The translations under genes were made by a program, and so were the position numbers. Under the pieces are notes generated by a model, which was given only the letters and a program-made list of their open reading frames with translations, did no database searches and was not told the origin of the DNA. Positions 60,301 through 64,000 of a stretch of 64,000 nt of DNA are shown piece by piece (position 1 is the stretch's first letter; each line of letters begins with the position of its first letter). Source of the stretch: Kiritimatiellia bacterium (GTDB taxonomy: Bacteria > Verrucomicrobiota > Kiritimatiellia > RFP12 > UBA1067); assembly GCA_045599445.1 (NCBI GenBank), contig JAZRWB010000011.1, positions 3,090-67,089 of the forward strand, given 5' to 3'.

Positions 60301-63300
60301 GGATTTCGAGCGTATTAACGACGGAGAAATTGTGATCAAGGGCTCGGGCCGCGTGATTGTTGCGACGGCGAAAAGTCTGATCGGACGAGTTCGTATCGAA
60401 GAGGGCGTAACGCTCGAACTTACCGAGCTTCCGCTTACGGAAGTTCCGGAGCTGGAACTTAAGACCAATACGAAGATTGTCCTTCAGCACACGGAAAGCA
60501 ACTTCTATCAGGTCATCCCGTTGTCGAGCGCGTTGGTGTTTGCGGATAATGCCGATATCAAGGTATATTCCAAGAGCGGAGAGGTCGAGACGTTTATTCC
60601 CGCCGAGCTCACGCAAACGGGCAGCATTTTCGAGTCGGGCACGTTGTTGGAGTGGGCGGAGGCGGAGGGCGTTTGGTCGCAAGATCCGAACGCGAAACCG
60701 TGGATTAAGAATCGTACCCGCACCGCCTTTAGTCCGACGGAACGCGCCTATTTCCCCGATTTGAAGGATTCGTCGGGCGGCGCGATCGCCGAAGCGACGG
60801 TAAACGTCGCCGAGACGATCGAAAGCCCCTTTACGTGCTTTGCCAACAAGAATACCGCCTATACCTTCAATCGTTCGTCGATTGGCACCGCGCAAGACGC
60901 GACCATTACCTTTGACTCGCTGGTGATTGGCGGAAAGACGCGGTTTAACCTTCCGACTTTTTACAATACGCGACTTTACGTCTCCGCAGGCGGATATTTC
61001 GCGGGCGCGGAGGTAACGACGCCGCTAATTGAAGTAGTGAAGGGCGGCGTATTGGAAGCGGGATCGATCGGGACTACCGATACGACCCCGACCGAAGTCA
61101 ATATCGAAAAGGGCGGAACTTTGGTGTTGACGGGCGAAAGCCACTCCATGAATCTTAATCTCGAAGCTGGCGCCAAGTTAAAACCGATGGTGGAAAGTCC
61201 GCTCGTCTGGAGCGAGTTGACGCACATTAACTGGCCGGAAGACAAGGTCATCGTCGATGTGAGCGAGTGGGAGATTACCGACGAGCCCATCGTAATCATC
61301 AGGGGCGTCGGGGCGGACATGGACTGGATTTCACACCTCGAACCATCGGCGAACACGGCTTCGCTTGCGGTTAAAGAGGGCGACGTGTGTCTCGTCAGGT
61401 GCGATACTTGCGCTTCGCCGTTTACGCTTACTTTGAACGCGCAGGTAACCGGTTGGGATACGGATAACTGGTATGCGAACGGAACCAAGTTCGCGAAGAA
61501 GTGGAGCGAGAGCTATCCGAATTGGCTTGCGACGGGCGAGATTACGGTAAACGTAAACAACGCGGAACTTGACTTGGAAGTCGGGGCGCACTTCAATACT
61601 CTTACCTTCGATACCTCGTTGGAAGAGGCGAGCGTTAAGCTGGTTTTGGGCGACGAGGCGGAGCTTACGGCGAGAGAGGTTCATTTCGACGCATTCGCCA
61701 AGGCGGACATCACCAATCTCGAGCTGGGCAGCGGGATTCTTTACGCCGCGCCGGAAACGCGCATTCGCGGAAAGTGGTCGGGAGTGTTGGGAGCTACGAC
61801 CAACAATCGGATTTACGTTTACAATCCGGAAGAGCCGTTTACGTTTGTCGATGGCTTCCAGGGGACGATTTTCGTCGGAGTGGAGGATAAGACGAAGACC
61901 GAGCGGCAGAAGATCCTGAGACTTCCCGAGGGCGAGTCGTGGCCGATTTTGGGGGTGGATATAGTGCCAATCGATCCCGATACCGACGAAGTGGTTGACG
62001 ATTGCTATATCAGCTTCGAGGACGAGTGGGTTTATCTCGTGCCGCCGCCGCCGACCGCGCATGCGCCGGCCGGAGAGTCGGATTGGTCAAAGCTTACTTG
62101 GTGTGCGTATGACGGAAGCCCATCGACGATTTCCGATTGGAACAATATTTATAGCGCGAAGATCATTTCCGATAGCGACGAGGCGGTGGTCGTTATGGAT
62201 CGGGCCCCGACCAAGCTATTGATGGTTGGCGAGGGTCGTAAGCTTACCTTGAAGGCGAAGGACGGCTCGGCGACTACGATGCCGCGCGAATTGGAAGTCG
62301 ATGGTGAAGTTACGGTTCAAGGCGCAATTTTGCCGGAGCTTGACTATATTCAAGGCACGGGCAAATTGATCTTGGATACGGGGAAGGTTACGGAGCTTAT
62401 AATCGTCGGCAATGCGTTCCCGCTCGATCCCGATACGCAAGTCGAGATCAAGGCGGGTTCGACGTTATCCTTGGCGCATATCGTTGACTTTATAGGTTCG
62501 GCGGATCTCAGCAAGGTTACGGGCGATGGCGCGTTGGAGATTAAGGACATTTCGGGTAGCGTGTGCTGTTTCGCCTTGCCCGAACCGAGCAAGATGTTCA
62601 GCACCAGTCTTTCCTTTGTGCACAATACGATTCTTACGCTTCAGAGCGCCTACGATAGTACGCCGGTGAATGTCGGAAACCTTTCCGGATCCGGCACCTT
62701 TGATTTTGACGACAGAAGCTGGACTACGCGGTGTTTGCGGACGACCCAAACGAAAGTGACGGAATGGTCCGGAGCCATACCGCAGTGGTCTGGAGCAAAG
62801 AGCTATGATGCGGCTGCGGATTTTAAGCTTATCGTTGCCGGGGTTGACTTGGCGTCGCTTGACCATCGCTTAATTTATTCGAGTATTGCCGGCGATGATG
62901 GAAATTCAAATCGTGGCAACGATCACGACCTTGAAATTGAAAGTACGGGATGCTTGGAGCTTAACGGTTATTGGAACGGAAATATTATCAATAACGGCAT
63001 TCTGGTTTTGGGCCGGCATAAGCTAATCAAGGATAAGACGATTTTCCAGGGCTCGGGCAGAATCGGCATAGTCGGCGACAAGTTGGATCTTCTTCAGTAT
63101 CCGACATTTGCAACTAAATATCCGCTCGCCTCGGGGTCGTACGGCGAAATCGATTTTGCGGTAAATGAGTTTGATGCGGACCAGGAAATTATGAGCGTCG
63201 AGAATAATTTCACGCTTCCGACCAATAGATCGATCATTCTCGTCGCCGAAAACGGCGGCGAGCGCAAGTGGCAACCGGTTACGAGCGATAATATTCAAAA

Positions 63301-64000
63301 CGGAAAGCTCGTTTGGCTTAAGGATGCGATCCAAGAGTCGAGCGAGATAATCTTCGAGCTCGCGTCCGGCGACGATAACGACTTCAACACGCTTATCGGC
63401 GATCAATTCCTGGGAGGAGCGCCTAAGCTTACGATTAACGGCAATGCGGACGGAACTTCCTATCTCGATGCGTCAGAGCAGATCGGGCTTTTCAAAGGAA
63501 CGCTGTCGCTTAACAACGCGACGGTCAAGTGCGTCTTTCCGCTCGAATCGACGCTTGCCGCCAATCCCACGGGCAAGCTGGTCTTTGTGGTAGACGAGGC
63601 GCTGAAGGACACCGAGCAGGTGATGATAAAGCTTGCCGATGGCTGGACCTACGATCCTCAGTTGTTTACGGTAGAGGTCGTTGGGTCGGACGGACGGCCT
63701 ACCGACGCATATTGGACTTGGACGACGCAGAATAACGAGCTAAAATACATCATTGTCGATCCTCGGGCCAACAAGTACATGCCCCGCGCCTATAAGTTCG
63801 ACGGCAATCTCTCGAACTGGGGAAATAAAGGGGGAGATCTTGGTAATATTACTTCGGATAACTATGAAGACACGCGAGACGGCAAGGGCGTAAAGCCGGC
63901 TGCGAGAAATTTGTATGGCGGCGGATTCGAAATCGGGACTGACGATTGGACGATAACGTACGTGATGAAGCTCTCGAAGACGCCGAAGTCAATTCACTTC
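57305..64000 (+). pseudogene. Giant C25-propeptide + C25-peptidase + beta-strand-repeat/LamG protein gene interrupted by one in-frame TAG (58211-58213); 3' end beyond the window
   Basis: MKKIMVAISLLVLSFSAFA signal peptide, AGGAG Shine-Dalgarno. Propeptide_C25-like region (...LLPYRVLKFAVPDGYQV...VLPFRYNPVSGLL...). Then KPIYLIIAPHDLY...WLVNYYS-TAG-HKSLRYVVLGG, colinear with the 48554 paralogue. By hand translation the frame stays open from 58214 to 64000 (1929 codons) and contains GHGW / ISCETG / FGDPLIKL. Pseudogene versus sequencing error versus read-through is unresolved. Confidence 0.6.

Overview
All 28 genes I call up to 27.7 kb are on the minus strand, and all 12 after 27.97 kb are on the plus strand. 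The window falls into three blocks.

(A) 1-13.9 kb looks accessory or mobile. It holds a tight five-gene operon: C5 cytosine methyltransferase, GHKL/MORC-like ATPase, Z1226-type P-loop ATPase, PD-(D/E)XK motif protein and AIPR. This is a candidate multi-component anti-phage system, cut by the left window edge. The block also has a HepT/MntA toxin-antitoxin pair, an iteron-like GTGGAAAA repeat field beside a DnaB-N/RecA-like helicase module, a telomere-like G-tract tandem repeat, an auto-inhibited-type Fic protein, a small secreted protein and a DUF4143-type AAA ATPase. It ends at a perfect 27-bp inverted repeat overlapping the 3' end of a tatD-like gene.

(B) 14-27.7 kb is a GC-rich housekeeping string: tatD-like, GT2 mannosyltransferase, ispF, HIT, rpe, tadA, tatD, yhcH-like, rluA-family, D-aminoacylase-like, XRE/Zn-ribbon regulator, coiled-coil protein, THUMP RNA methyltransferase, dnaN, dnaA and mnmG. 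The dnaA neighbourhood plus the clean strand switch suggests the replication origin lies in or beside this window.

(C) 27.97-64 kb has two small plus-strand genes and then a 10-gene, translationally coupled operon of at least 33.6 kb. It runs off the right edge. It encodes two giant LamG/beta-strand-repeat secreted proteins, a Cys-type sulfatase, an embedded HipA-like kinase fused to a wHTH, and three protease families each present twice (S8 subtilases, C25 gingipain-like domains fused to giant passengers, C69 Ntn dipeptidases). The last giant gene carries one in-frame TAG.

The two items most worth follow-up are the five-gene methylase-linked operon and the giant-protein/protease operon. For the latter, the points of interest are its palindromic operator, embedded kinase, paired proteases and a shared C-terminal module.

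I saw no rRNA, tRNA or CRISPR. Gene content hints at a PVC-superphylum-like organism, but that is inference only. All family calls rest on motifs read by eye; no searches were run.
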